The position numbers and the translations under genes are program-made. From Podospora anserina (Eukaryota), in contig CM030332.1 of the NCBI GenBank assembly GCA_017654855.1, positions 186,001-250,000 of the forward strand: a DNA stretch of 64,000 bases. Direction: 5' to 3'. Position 1 is the first letter of the stretch. Each line of letters opens with the position of its first letter. Under the pieces are notes generated by a model, which ran no database searches, had not been told where the DNA came from, and saw only the letters and a program-made list of their open reading frames with translations. Of this stretch, positions 1 through 12,479 are shown in pieces.

Positions 1-1901
1 CCCTCACTCCATACACCATCAAGTCCTCCCCTACCACTCCCCCCCACTCCCTCGGCATTTTGGCTGCCGTCCCAACTGGGTGGTACACGCTGGGAATGGT
101 ATTTGCCCTCACCCATGCCCCAAGCGCTTCGTCTGACTCTTACCCAGGCCCCGGCACGACCTCGGTGGCATTGTACCTAGACAACTCCCCGGTGGTCATG
201 AACCTCCTCAAAAACTTGATCTCCTCAACCGCCACATCCACATCTATCGGGTTCGAGGCGGCCCTGTAGTTCACGATCGGCTCGACTTCAATGTCGCTGC
301 CTGCGGCCGGGTCGATCAACACGGTGCCGCGGCTGACGGGGTGGATGATAATGGGGACAAAAGACGGATCACCCGAAAAGGTTGCGCGGAGAAAAGAGAA
401 GTCTTTGGCTCGCATCTCGCGAGCGTAGATCTGTTGCTGCTTACGATAGCCTCTGATGATGGTTCTGTCGGTATCTTTGGGTAGATATGTAGCCGGATCC
501 TGAGACTCGTACTTGGATGCGATCCGCTTGAAGGAGCCTGGGGAAACAACTGGCAGCTCGACTGATAATCCTAGCGAGGTTCTTCCCAGCCCATCATCAA
601 CCACGGTGATATTTAAGTGCTCTGGGATTAGTGGTGACGTTAACCCTGAAGAGTGTAAGTTGTTAGCTGGTTCCGTCCATCCTCAGCGACCCTGGATATA
701 CATACAACTGAAAGATACTGCAGGTATGAAGGTGTGATCCTGAAAATTGTACCCGACACCAGGGAGGTCAACTTTGACCGGTATCCCGGCACGTTTCAAA
801 AGGTCAGCAGGTCCGATGCCGCTCAACTGCAGGATCTGAGGCGTATGAATGGCGCCGGCAGCTAGGATGACTTCCTTTCTGGCACGGATGGTAGTCTTTT
901 TCGTGCTTTCACCTCGGGGGTAGATTTGAACACCTGCGGCTCTGTGGTGATCAAAAACGATCTTGTTCGCACGCGTTGCCGTGAGAAGATCGTAGTTGGC
1001 GCGGTTGAGACCATCCCAGTGGCCCGTTCGGGAGTAGGACCTCTCTCCCGTGTATGGATTTGTTGAAGTTTGGTAGTACTGTAGGCCAAGCTGCCCACTG
1101 CCAGCGTCTGGTGAGACCTTCATCCCCGATAGTCTTTTGGCCGCTTCATAGAAGGCATCTGATAGGAGAGACGAGTTGAGTTGCTAGAACGGATATTGAG
1201 ACAGGCTTATGAAAAGACACTCACGAGTCTTGGGGCTAATCACATTGCCAAAGGTGGCGAAAATGGTATGGTTGGTCGTAAGGTTGCGGCCCCAGTATTT
1301 GGTGTCGTATCTGAGGTCAAACGCAGCTGTCTCTGGCTTCGGAGCTGTCATCTGGATGCTCTTTTTGAAGTACTTGAGCATGTCAACCCAATTCCAGCGG
1401 ACTCTTGGATTGCCACCGCCAAGCTCTCCCCAAACGTCGTAGTCTTTTGCGTTTCCTCGCTGGAAAACCATGCCGTTGACGGCCGAGCTCCCGCCAACGA
1501 CACATCCAATAGACACAGGAAACGTCTTGTTGTTGAGACCAGCAACTGGCGCCGAAGTTATGTTGTAGAGCGTTCCAGGCCTCTGACCATCCGGTTCTGT
1601 CATCAATGTCAGAACACAACACGGATACAGCCCAACATAAGTCCCTGCACTCACCCAGGTAACCATACTCTATGACCAAGACGCTGTCTTTTGCATGAGT
1701 CAGTGTTGATAATTTCTCAAAAGGCAGGAGATATGAGATAACTCCCTTACGTTTTCCACTCTCGCTGAGACGGTCTCCAACCGTCAGGCCAGCGGTTCCG
1801 CCCCCAACGATGACATAGTCGTATGTCTCCTTGATGGCTTGGATGCTGGCCGGAAACAACCCTGCAAAGCAGGATACCTGTATGACGCCGCAAAGTCTCA
1901 T
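1..1901 (-). CDS. GMC (glucose-methanol-choline) oxidoreductase, secreted type; multi-exon; 3' end outside window; in-frame TAA at 140-142 (possible pseudogene)
   Basis: Signal-like N-terminus followed by YDYVIVGGGTAG (FAD binding), GCVVGGSSAVNGM, KEVILAAGAIHTPQILQLSGIG, LPGVGYNFQDH, SRGTV and YHPVGTA. Exons are joined by GT..AG introns. Confidence 0.93.
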
Positions 1902-2509
1902 GATGGCTTCACAGAGTATCTCACTTGCTGTGTCTATAGGAGCTCGAGACAACGTATGTACTGGGGGCCTGGTCTCTTCTTAAGCCGCACTCACGGAGTT
2001 CTGCTCTGATTCCAGCTTCACATAATGGAACCCAAGCACAACCTCATATCTCACCCGCATTATATTGGGAACAGGGCGGGAACGAAAAGAGCTCGTCTGT
2101 GTAACGTCGCCATACGCCTTGGCGTGCCCATTGGCCACATCGCACTACACGCGGCGCGCTAGAGAAGTCGGCTTCTCGGAACCGGGAGTTCATACCGACA
2201 GAGGTGCATTGCCGGCTTGGGAATGGATCTTTAGCAGCAAAGGAGGGGTTGATTGTGACGTTAAAGGCAAGGAACTTTTTTTGTGGCTCCAAGTGGTCCT
2301 TTTGAGGCTTGGCCAGGACATACGCAACGGTCGGAAATTTCGTGTAGGGTGGAAACCGTAGAATCGCCGTCTATTATACGCCAGGAAATTCCAGTCCATT
2401 TCCAACCAGTGGTTGGGTAGCGATACATGTAGTCTAGAAAGAGGCACCTCCGTTGCCCTGCCCAACCTCCACAAACTCTCCCACAGCTCCCCACGCAATC
2501 AAAAAATTA

Positions 2510-3646
2510 TCACCACTCCTCTCCTTGACCTTCTACCCGTTCCCAATAGTCATCCTCCGCCTCGTCATCCGCCCACATGATGCCCTTTGCAGCGTCAAAT
2601 GCATACCCCGTCTCGCTCCCCCCGTCGGCGTCATCATCCGTCTCATCGCAACTTTGACTAACTTGGTTTGTCTCTTCGGCATACGATCCATCGTACTCCT
2701 TTGGGTCATCCAACTCAAACTCATCTCCTTCTGGCGTGACCAACACCAAATCAGGCCCCTCAGACCCAGGGTGCTGGTCCGGGTCCTCCCAGTGCCACCA
2801 GTCACACCGGGGCAGGGCGCCATGGGTATACAAGTCTGCTTCGCGGAGCTGACGAAGGCTGTAGAGATCCATGCGTCCGTCTGAATCAATGTAGCTGTGT
2901 GTGGCCCAGGAGGTGAACTCCAGGCCGGTCCAGGTGGTGTACTGCACGCTGTAGTCATCCGTGTCGCTTTGGCCGTCGTAGTCGGAGTCTGAATCATGGC
3001 TGGGTGGTCCGTTCCCGGCCTGGATACTGTGGTTGTAGTTTACATTGGGTGTTAGCTGGAGCCAGGCGAATTGTGAAGAGATGGATGAATCCAGCGCGAG
3101 ATGATGTCCCAACTTTGGGAGGGAATGTGTGAACGACGGGTGGAAGGGGTTCAAGAAGGACGGCGGTTTTGTTCCTAGACCGGGATCTTGCGGGCTCCTG
3201 CGCGGACCCCGACGGGGCAAAGCTTGATTTTGCCAGCTCATGCAAAAGCTCTCAGTATTAAAGCTTGCATGAGGTGGGGGAAAGACTTGTCCAAGAAGAA
3301 CCACATCGCTTCTCTCGTATGTTCCATCCTTCTCGAAAGGATCGGGTAGATAATAACGGTCCTCTTCCACATCTGTCCAGACCAGGAGGAGTGCGTGGGT
3401 TCCGTTTCGCCGCCGAGGGAGGCGCATAATGGTAGTTTGGTTGCCAACCACAGTTGCAACAAGGTAGATTCCTTGCAGATTTGTAAGGCTCCAGAGATTG
3501 AGGAGTCCTTCATCGTCGATATAGATGTTCTGGACGCCGTGACGTACGGGGGTAGTCGTCTTCCTCCAGTTGGTATCGCAGTCTCGGACTGTCTCTGTCG
3601 CTGGCCCGTTCGCTTCTATGGGCCCAGAGAACGGACATGACGGCAA
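2510..3646 (-). CDS. Hypothetical protein with acidic C-terminus (true start uncertain)
   Basis: 378-codon ORF. The C-terminal half has coding-like codon usage and a PDLVLVTPEG..LDDP segment; no family recognised. Confidence 0.5.
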   Translation of the reverse strand: MPSCPFSGPIEANGPATETVRDCDTNWRKTTTPVRHGVQNIYIDDEGLLNLWSLTNLQGIYLVATVVGNQTTIMRLPRRRNGTHALLLVWTDVEEDRYYLPDPFEKDGTYERSDVVLLGQVFPPPHASFNTESFCMSWQNQALPRRGPRRSPQDPGLGTKPPSFLNPFHPSFTHSLPKLGHHLALDSSISSQFAWLQLTPNVNYNHSIQAGNGPPSHDSDSDYDGQSDTDDYSVQYTTWTGLEFTSWATHSYIDSDGRMDLYSLRQLREADLYTHGALPRCDWWHWEDPDQHPGSEGPDLVLVTPEGDEFELDDPKEYDGSYAEETNQVSQSCDETDDDADGGSETGYAFDAAKGIMWADDEAEDDYWERVEGQGEEW

Positions 3647-4472
3647 CGTCCTAAGGAATCGTTTGGCGAAAGTCTGCGGAGGCTGGATCTAAAGAGCCGA
3701 CCTCGAAAGTTTCTGCGGAATCAGACACAAGGACACTAATATTGTTGCGGGATTGTAAATGAGCTCTTTGGCAGCTTGTTGATAAAAAGCAGCGCTTGCG
3801 ATGTAATTGGCTCTAGTTAGAACGTGGCAGCCTCGATTAATGTAGGATGGTGCGTACCTAGCTTGTACGATGCCCTTCTCGTTGGAGAGCCGTGAGGTTT
3901 ACCCTGGTGCTGCTGTGTGGTATCGACTCGAATAGCTACTGATGGGTGTGTGTAATGCGGTGGATACGGGTAGGAACGTGACAGGGCTACCTTTATTCCA
4001 AGCTGGGGACATCTTCGCGACCGACGGCATTTTCCGGACAAGGCTCATGGCGCTGCACTGATCAGATGATCGATGTTTGAGACAGGTGGTGTTGATGTTT
4101 CGGCCAGGTGCTGGAGCGTCATGTTGATTGTAGGAGACAGAATGCGCTTGCTTTGATGGTGTATCAAGACTCCTCTTGAATGGGCGGAAGAAGGTTGAAG
4201 CGCCCATGTTGTGCGGGCTGTAAATCTGGACTGTTGGGAACGAGGCTATCTACACATGTGCACCTCTTTCCTATTCCGGCGGTCCAGTGGGCCCGGGGTA
4301 AGGCTGAAACGGACCCCTGTTTCGGCTGGCGGCATGTGCCGGCGAGCCGCGGCCGGCAATCAAATTTTTCTTATCGCACCGCCCGCGGTCCCTAAAAACC
4401 ACCTGTTGCTGTCACCATCACCACAGCCCGCCGCCGCCGAGTCCGGATCATGACCACCGGGCCGACGTCAAC

Positions 4473-5525
4473 ATGAGTACCAATGCAGCTGACCCCGTCG
4501 TGGGAGTCGCCGATTCCAATATGTCTTTTTTTCGAAAACACACCCCGTTCGGGTCCCTGTCTGGCGGCCGGCCACCGCTGAACAACATCGCGATCACGCC
4601 TTTCCTCCAGACCTTGTTCACCATTCCCACCGTCGTCTCGCCTTCGCCCCAAACAGCTGGCCTGGTTCTTGATGGCGACGACAAGACCGATCCTACTTCC
4701 CCTGTCGAGACCTCTCCCGAAACTCCTGCTTCCTCTGTCCCGAGCGACACTGGCGCCGCCGACAAACAACCGTCTCCGACAGTCGCCGTGTTCACTCCGC
4801 TCTCCGCCTTGGTTCCCGACAACGCTTGGCTCGACGAGAGCCTGAATGCCCCCGTTTCTCCCGACTCGATTCTTGCTTTGCCGAATACTTTGACTGGTGT
4901 TGGTGCGGCAGTGGTGGAATTGCCCGCTCCTGTCGAGCCCTGCGATGGTTTCCCCACTGCTACCGTGGCTGCCGTCGCTGCTGCTGCACCTGCTTCGCCT
5001 ACTATGAAACTGCTTTCTGTCGACCCGACATGGATGGATGATGCTCTTGCAGCACCTGTAACACCTGCCGCTCTTCTTGCACTTCCCCAAAGGACTCTGA
5101 TCTTGCAGGTTGATGCCCTCGAAGAGTCCCCCGTCGCTCCCGTCGCTCCTGTCGAGAACCAAGAAGCCGTTGCCGCTACCGAGGAAAAGGATGCTGAGTC
5201 TAACGCTCCTGTTGCTATTCCCACTCCGGTCCCCGAACAGCCCACAGTCGTTCTTGATCAACTCGCAGCCGAATCCACCCTGGCCCCAGTCGTCCTGATC
5301 GCCGACAAGACTTGGATGGACGAAGCCTTCAATTCGCCCGTTACACCTTGCGCTCTACTCGCTCTGCCCGAGAAGAACGTGTCTGCCGCCGACTCCTCAG
5401 CTCCACCGCCAACTCTGCCCGTGGAAGAGGTCCAGATCGCCGTCCCTTTTTTGAAGGCCTTCAATGCCCCGGTTACCCCTCTTGCGCTGCTGGCGTTGCC
5501 TGAGAAGAATTGTACTCTCCCCTAG
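4473..5525 (+). CDS. Orphan Ala/Pro-rich protein with four internal ~20-aa repeats
   Basis: 350-aa ATG ORF with C/T-ending codon bias. Repeated motif W(L/M)D(E/D)x(L/F)xxPV(T/S)PxxLLALP. Confidence 0.7.
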   Translation: MSTNAADPVVGVADSNMSFFRKHTPFGSLSGGRPPLNNIAITPFLQTLFTIPTVVSPSPQTAGLVLDGDDKTDPTSPVETSPETPASSVPSDTGAADKQPSPTVAVFTPLSALVPDNAWLDESLNAPVSPDSILALPNTLTGVGAAVVELPAPVEPCDGFPTATVAAVAAAAPASPTMKLLSVDPTWMDDALAAPVTPAALLALPQRTLILQVDALEESPVAPVAPVENQEAVAATEEKDAESNAPVAIPTPVPEQPTVVLDQLAAESTLAPVVLIADKTWMDEAFNSPVTPCALLALPEKNVSAADSSAPPPTLPVEEVQIAVPFLKAFNAPVTPLALLALPEKNCTLP

Positions 5526-5535
5526 TCTCTTGTGT

Positions 5536-5964
5536 ATGTACACGCCGCTAATTACCATTGTGCACATAGAGAAACTCCCGACCTCGTCCACGTCAACCCA
5601 GGCGACACAAACAGGCCCTGAGAGAAGCTCCGGACCTCGTCCACGTCCAAGGAGGCGAGCTGGACGCGGGCAGCGCAAGGTCTTGACATCCAGCCCTGTT
5701 TCCACCTCCAACCCTCTCGCTGATTCACTCAATCTGGAAGTGGACAATGCTGTGGACGATGAATGGGAAGATGGCAGTGCTGCCTGCAGCACCCCTTGTG
5801 ATCCGACATACAACAAACTGTTGTGCGACGTCGTACTCTTCGTGCCCAGGGACATGAACTGGGAACGGGAGGAGGCCAAGGAGTGTGGAAAATGGTTCTG
5901 GGAAACAAGAAGATTGGTTCGTGCAGCGAAACAGTTGACTCTGGACTGCCAAAGGTTAAAATAG
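5536..5964 (+). CDS. Possible continuation or separate small hypothetical ORF downstream of the repeat protein
   Basis: Open frame with a protein-like C-terminus (YNKLLCDVVLFVPRDMNWERE...WFWETRRLV). The obvious splice joins to the upstream ORF create a TAG, so the link is unresolved. Confidence 0.35.
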   Translation: MYTPLITIVHIEKLPTSSTSTQATQTGPERSSGPRPRPRRRAGRGQRKVLTSSPVSTSNPLADSLNLEVDNAVDDEWEDGSAACSTPCDPTYNKLLCDVVLFVPRDMNWEREEAKECGKWFWETRRLVRAAKQLTLDCQRLK

Positions 5965-7460
5965 AGACAGGGATGGCAAGATATGAGTGATGATGATATA
6001 CTTGGCAATGAGCAAAGAAATGGGCATATGACCTTGGCGAAACAAGAAAACAGTATACGCATGAGTCTGCAATACTGTTTTAACTCGTTTAGTTTTCAGC
6101 GGTTTCGGCGTTTGGTACCTCGGTATGGGTTGGCTTGTGTAGTTTTGTGGTTATATATAGAATCTTGGCACAATCAAAGCTATCTGTTGTCTGATGTGGC
6201 TGGAGGTAATACGGCCATCTCATGGTTATAATGTGCATAGTTACTGAGACGATATACTTCTCACGCATTATCCAGGCACGGACATGATCGGTAGGTACCC
6301 TTAAGTTAGCTCCGGAGGATGGATCGCTTTTCCTTGGTCGTTGATCTAGGTGTACCATGTTCCCTCATCGATATTTTTACTGGCCTCTCATCCAATCTCT
6401 CCTTGTTTCTGGTATTTCATTCAACCGGTGTGCCCTTGGTGGCGATGGAAAAGCTGCAGAAGTAAACATTGATTCAGGTGCTCTAGGGCTGCTCAACCAA
6501 TCCCCATTATGCCATGGGTTACCTTTCCCAAGATCTCGAGATAATGACAATTTGACATTCAAGACAGATAGTCGAAGCTTGGGGACAGATACATGTCGAC
6601 AGGCACTCCCACAACCTGAGAAACAGGGCAGATCGTTGATGAGAGGGCATGCTGCTGGCAATAGCGCGGTCGCTCCTTCCCAACGCGTCACCACAGTGCA
6701 ATGTCTCCGCGAACCTGCCGAGGTGGCCTGTGCACGCTGTGTTGACTTTCCTTCCCATAATTATGCAGTGAATAAGAGCTGGGGCTGTCACTCGATGCTC
6801 TTCCTCCTCCATGGTTCACGGATCTCGTCTTTCTTCTCTCCCGCTTCCCTTTTTTCCTCCAGCGACCTCAGTCGTCCAAGGATCCCTGACCCAGCAATCC
6901 TTCGACCGATTTTTATCTCTCACATTCTCTACCAGAAGCGATACCATCATCCCCTTCAAGTTATCCTGTCTTCATTTCCTTGGTTACCGACTGTTAGGAG
7001 TCGCATTCATCGATCGACCAGCTCTCCGAACAACCGAGACAGGTGAAGCCGGTCGCATTCAAGACCGCGTGAAGCAGCTGCCTCTTGTTGGCCAAGCCTA
7101 TCTGATTGATTCTGATTGATAGTATACTTCGACTTTCCTCGCAAAAGAGAGACAGCGAAGACTGTCGCTTGCAAGAACACGCTGGGGAGCTCGCCCTTCC
7201 GCTGACATCACCTTCTAAACATTACCTTTCTGGAGGTTTCAGCCACCAAAGAAAATTCCCTGGTTTTCTCGTCAATCTGAAGTCGCGACCTCCCATCCGC
7301 GCGTCGTCATCTTCTCGAAGTTCTCAGCTCGGTATTTACTACCATCAGTACCAGTTATCGCAAAAGTGACTATCTGTAAGTGTGTCTCAATTCATTAGCT
7401 TCACGCCTACAAACTGTAAACGTCTCTGACTAACACAGATCAGCAACAAGTCAATTCAAG

Positions 7461-10265
7461 ATGATGACCTTTTCCATGGTGGACTGCGAGCCCGCCGCCT
7501 CGTCTCTCTTCTCCTGCGCCGAGCTGTCGCGTGAGCTCGAGGGCGAGAGTGACTGGACCATCTTACTCATGCCGAAATGGGTCCGAAGCCGAGTTCGAGG
7601 AACCAGTGACAGTTTAGCCCGGCACATTCAGCACTCGGAAAACACCCGCGACCTGTCAACAGACAAAAAGCTTGAAGAAGCAGCACACCAGCTATCTTCG
7701 CCCAGATTTGATGGTGAGTACAAGCGTCAAAAGAGAGAGGCAGTTGTCAAGAAGAGAATGGCTGTCAATAACCTCTTCTCCAACACTGGACCTGTCACCA
7801 CGACTCGGACATCAAGCTTCAAAGTTGCCAATGACTCCGTTCCCACGGTAGTCGATACCACTCTGACTAGCACAATTTCGACCGCTACCGGCGAGGCCAT
7901 GGTTGACACCATGGTGCCTGGGTTCAAACAAGACAACATCACACGCCAGGTCAATGAGACCAGGTGCAAGTCACAGGTGCCCATCTCAAACCCTGGCAAC
8001 GCCTGTAATGATGTCATTCTGCCTGTGGAGACTGTTGGGCCACAGCCAATTGATGTCAAGACTCCCAGCAACACCATTGCGACCGAGGAACAGAGCGCCA
8101 TGACCCAGAGTCACTGGCAGCCCCCTTCTCAGATCAACCAAGTACGCGACAAGCTCCCGTATGATGCCCAGCTTTCCAACACCTAGGAGTTGTTGATAGG
8201 CCGGGAGGTACCCATTGAGCACATGCTTCGCAAGTTTGGCAGGGTTGTCGACGACGTCATGTACGGTATTCGCCGTAACGGAAAGGTTTTCTGGTACTAC
8301 ACGGATGAACCAGCATATGTTCCTCTCATAGTGCGGGAGTTCATTGATTTCGAAGCTGTGTACCCAGCCGAGTACTTTCCGTACCACAACGACTACTATC
8401 TGGCACAAATGTACGGCGACAACGCGTGCCTGGGCGGAGATTACCTCATGCCTCTCTTTCTGGACAATCGGGAATGGAATGCGGAAAAGAGTATGATTGT
8501 GTGGGCGGAATGGACGAGATATTTTTACGCCATGGCAACGAATGACGATATGCGCCAGCAGGCCAGGGAGCTGGCTCGTCATGAAGCCAGCATGGTTTGG
8601 GGGCCTGAATTTTTGAACTGCTCCTTCACTCCTCTGCGCTACCACGAGGGCCATGATGAGCAGACAACCTACGGTCACTCTCAAGCTGAAACCCAATACG
8701 AGAATGCCGTGGGCCTTGAAGCTGGAACTCAAGAGATGCTGGCCATTCTTCACGGGACCCCAGCGTCGTCCCCGTCGAAGCATAAGCAACAGAGGGCCAA
8801 CGCGACAACCGAGATCGCCCAAACCGAGGCGCCCCAACGTTCTCAGCAGATACTCGAGACACCTTCACCCCCCGGAAGCTGTCTCAAAAAGAGGTCCGAG
8901 AGTGACTCTTCTGGCACTGGGAGCGCCAAGTCGGTGCGGTTTTCGGATGAAGTCCTTCTTCTCCGCCTTGTAAACCGCGGCAATCGTGGCAGTCTCAAGG
9001 ATGAACAGGCTGAATACACCAAAGAGAAGCTTGTAGAGAGCGAACCGGGTCGAGTTGACTGCGAAGAGTCTGTTGAAGACTCGGATCGTGTGGAGCCTCC
9101 AAGGACTGGCCTCATGTCACCCGCAGTAGTTCACCGTTCCTGCCATCAAGAAACCAAAACTCCCAGAGACAAGGCACGGAATCAGAGGTCAGTGAAGGAG
9201 CAGCGAACAGACGGCTCAGCAGCCCTCATGGGTGGCCACGAAGTTGCCCAGAGATTCGGTGGTGCCAAAGCTGTCAGAACCATAAGTCAGAAGACGAGCA
9301 AGTTTACGCTTACAAAGAGTGACCAGAGAGTCATCGACACGCCCAACGGTCGAACAGTGAGCCAAGTAACACCATTTGAGAAAGGGCCATACTCTCCAAC
9401 TAGCAGCACCGCAACTCAAAAGAGTGAGAAGGTGCCAGAGAATACAGCCACAGTGTGTGACAAGACAGAAGAGCCCCTGGCGGCCAAATCCAATGCCCCA
9501 GCAGACAGCACAAAAGGTTCTGACAAAACCAAAGCTGTGTGGTCCAAGTTGGTAGCCGCCTCTCCAGAGAGTTCACAGGCTAGTTCACGCAGCTCCGACA
9601 CATCTCCAAGAGGGTGGCGGACATTCCGCAAGCCGCCCACATCCCCCGGCTTTCCAACCAGAAGCCGGACCGAAGAGATGAGCAGTCCCGTCCCAGCACC
9701 AAAGAAGCAGAGTGTAGACTTGGCTGAGAAGATTGAAGAATCCCCACCCAGCCCAGTCCCAGCAGCCAAAACCCCAACTGTGGTCTGGGTTGAAGAGGTC
9801 CAAGAACCGGCGGCCAGTCCCGTCCAAGCAACCCTGGGTCCGGTGCGCCCTCACGCGCGCCAATCTCCCTTGCCACCGCCGCCGAGGGGACAGGGTGGAC
9901 GTACCCTCATCGAAACTCTCAACACCGACATGAGCTGGACGCAGCTACAGCCAAACCCGGTCCCGCGCGCGCCTGTCAACCCCCGGGCTCCGGCTCCAAG
10001 CCCAGCCACGGCGTGCGCGGGCCAACGACAAGAGAACCCGGGCGCTGGCAGGTGCGGAGGACAGGGCGGACAAGCCAGGAGAGGGGGCGGGAAGGCGGGA
10101 GATGTCCGGGGTGGCAGCAGTGAGGGCAGGCGCAGGGCCGACGGGCGGAGGGACTCGCGCGGGGGCGGTGAGACAGCCGCGGGAAGGAGTAGAGGAGACG
10201 GTCCTGGGGCGAAGAGAGAGATGTCGCGATGGAGGAAATTGAGGAATGAGAGCAGTTGGCGTTGA
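7461..10265 (+). CDS. Large orphan protein (~934 codons) interrupted by one in-frame TAG at 8184-8186; 5'-UTR intron 7376-7438
   Basis: ORFs 7461-8186 and 8190-10265 are in the same frame. A canonical GTAAGT...CTAAC.CAG intron lies just upstream of the ATG. An aromatic-rich globular segment follows the stop, then a low-complexity S/P/G/R tail. Confidence 0.7.
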
Positions 10266-12479
10266 GAGGGTGGGTTCATGGTGCAATGTATATTGTTGGG
10301 AGGCTATGGGTGCTTGGGAGTTTGGGGAGCAGATTGTGGTTTTGCATCTTTTTGTTGTTGGCTGGATCAGGAGCGTTGGTGGAGCAGAGCGGGTAGACAT
10401 GAATGGATTGTTGTATACATCATTTGTGTATTGTCTGTGTTGATACCGAGTCCTATTTCTACGTACATTACTTGTAGACCAGCATTTCTTCCAGCGCGTC
10501 CCGTGCTATAAACCTTCTCCTCTGCTAAGCCCCCCTATCATCCACGTCAGAGCCAAAGACACCTCTCGGCATTACCAAGTTTGATGTATGCTCGCCTTGC
10601 GGCATGTACAACCTCATACCTGTGGGGTAGATCTCCATGATTAGCCATATGCCGTTGCCACGTGTACGCAATGGTCACAGCAGTGTCTCACTTTCTCAGC
10701 GCAAGATGCAATCTGATCAGTAACCACCAATTTTGGTTCTACTAATCCAGGCGCACGGCGGGAAAATGATTCGGATGTCGTCGGAAAGAGTGGGTCGCCA
10801 CTTGCCTGATCTGGAAAGTTTGTCGGAGTTGGTGGAGTAGACACCGGGACCGGCTCCGAAGTGGACGGCGAAATGCCGGGCCTGAACCCACTCACCTGGA
10901 ATATCAATAGAGAGTTTGAAAGAATGTGAGCTAAAGGGGACCGTATGCCTGTAACTCATCGTGAAGCCTTTGATCTTGTCACATCTCCCCCAGCTGTCGC
11001 CGCCACATCCATCCTCGGGGTGCGGCGGCAGAGATCCAATGGGGAAAGCATAGATACTCGACCGAGTTGATGGTACCCTGAAAGGTCCGAACTGTTGGAG
11101 GTGTGCGATGGCAGGCTGTTTATCCGACGCATGACAGGATTCGCACTGCATTATGCGTTAAACGCGCGCGCTCATCGAAACGAGCTCGTGTCCTGTGGAT
11201 GGATTCTCCAGGTCCCCAGAATTGGCCTCAGCAAGTCCTGTGTAACGGCCGCGGGTGGTTTCCGTTGCGGCCCAGCAGCAGGATGGGTCGCGTCGGTCTC
11301 AGGGACGGGACGGTCTGAGTCCTGGCATCGGATGAGCTTTGGGATACTGACGACGACGGTTATCTGCAAAGGAAAAGAGCCGCCATGCTGGTGTGTTGGC
11401 CCGGTAAGGTATTGATGCTGAAAATGAAAGTTCCTTCAAGGAGGAATCGAAATGCCCCTCCCCCCACCTGCCAAACATGCCAAGAGGTTGTGTTGCGCGC
11501 CGTTGGAAGGCTCCACTGATCGGCCGACCCCAGAGAAACAGGGGTCTTGTGGCTTGCTCAAGCTTTGCTTCCAGGGGTTTGAGTTTCATCAATCACATTG
11601 TAGCTGACAACAACCCTCAGCTCTGCGACCACAGTTGACCACAAAAAGAAAGGCTACCTCCTGGCGATGCATACTCCGTCGGCTCTGGGCCGTGTCAAAG
11701 GCCGCCTACCGTAATTTATCTCCTCTCGGTCGGCAGCCGAGAGCCCCACCGCTGAGCCGAGACCTACAATCCCCTGTCGGAGTCCAGAACGCCGTCGCCT
11801 CTTTGGACGATCAACTTGGTGCGGCCAGCAGTGAGACGACAACCCAGAGACTTCAACCGAAGTGCCCGACCAGAATCAGACGAGAATCCACTCACTAACT
11901 CCGCTCCCGGTTTGGTCGTTGGTTTTACACGCGCGCCTGTCTTGTCAGACAGTTTCCATTTGGAGCATCCAAAGAACAATGTTCCACATTCCAAACCTCT
12001 GCCGACAGGGGTTTTGTGCCACCTTCTAGACCCCTGTCTGCACCCCGCGTTAGTGATCCTGGCACATCACCACCACAACCACTAACACCCGAGGGCCTGA
12101 GACGACAACTGCATCGGGTTGGAAGGACTTTCTGATCGCCTGGCTCGACCTGTCACGACTCAGAACGCCACCGACAGGAGAGTGAACTTTGGACACCCCT
12201 GAGTTCAGCCTTATTCCAAAGCCCATCACCTCATGAGCAACCTGTATAAAGACGAGTCGTTCCCTCCGGTTCAGATGGACCATTCAACTCATCTCGCCAT
12301 CCCTCGACCGCAGTCAATCCTTTTACATCTTTTTTCTTCAAGAACAGGACCCGGTGTCCCTTTGCATTCCTTTCTCTACAGCAGTCGCCAGTCGACTCTT
12401 TAATACCACTCGTCTTTCCTTGGCACCCAACTCTTGACACCGTTTTAGTCTCTTTCGCTTCAATTCATCACTCGCCACC

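Noticed and set aside
4392-5261. Two long minus-strand ORFs
   Set aside because: Shadows of the Ala/Pro-rich repeat gene.
5512-5569. Intron joining ORF 4473 to the downstream ORF
   Set aside because: The 5512-5569 join creates T+AG (a stop), and the GTATGT donor at 5534 gives only 36 nt; unsupported without RNA data.
6357-7046. 229-aa ATG ORF
   Set aside because: No coding-like composition or motifs; it runs into pyrimidine-rich promoter/5'-UTR sequence of the gene at 7461.
10717-11151. 144-aa minus-strand ORF in the 10.5-12.4 kb interval
   Set aside because: No recognisable domain, and no consistent upstream exon could be assembled.
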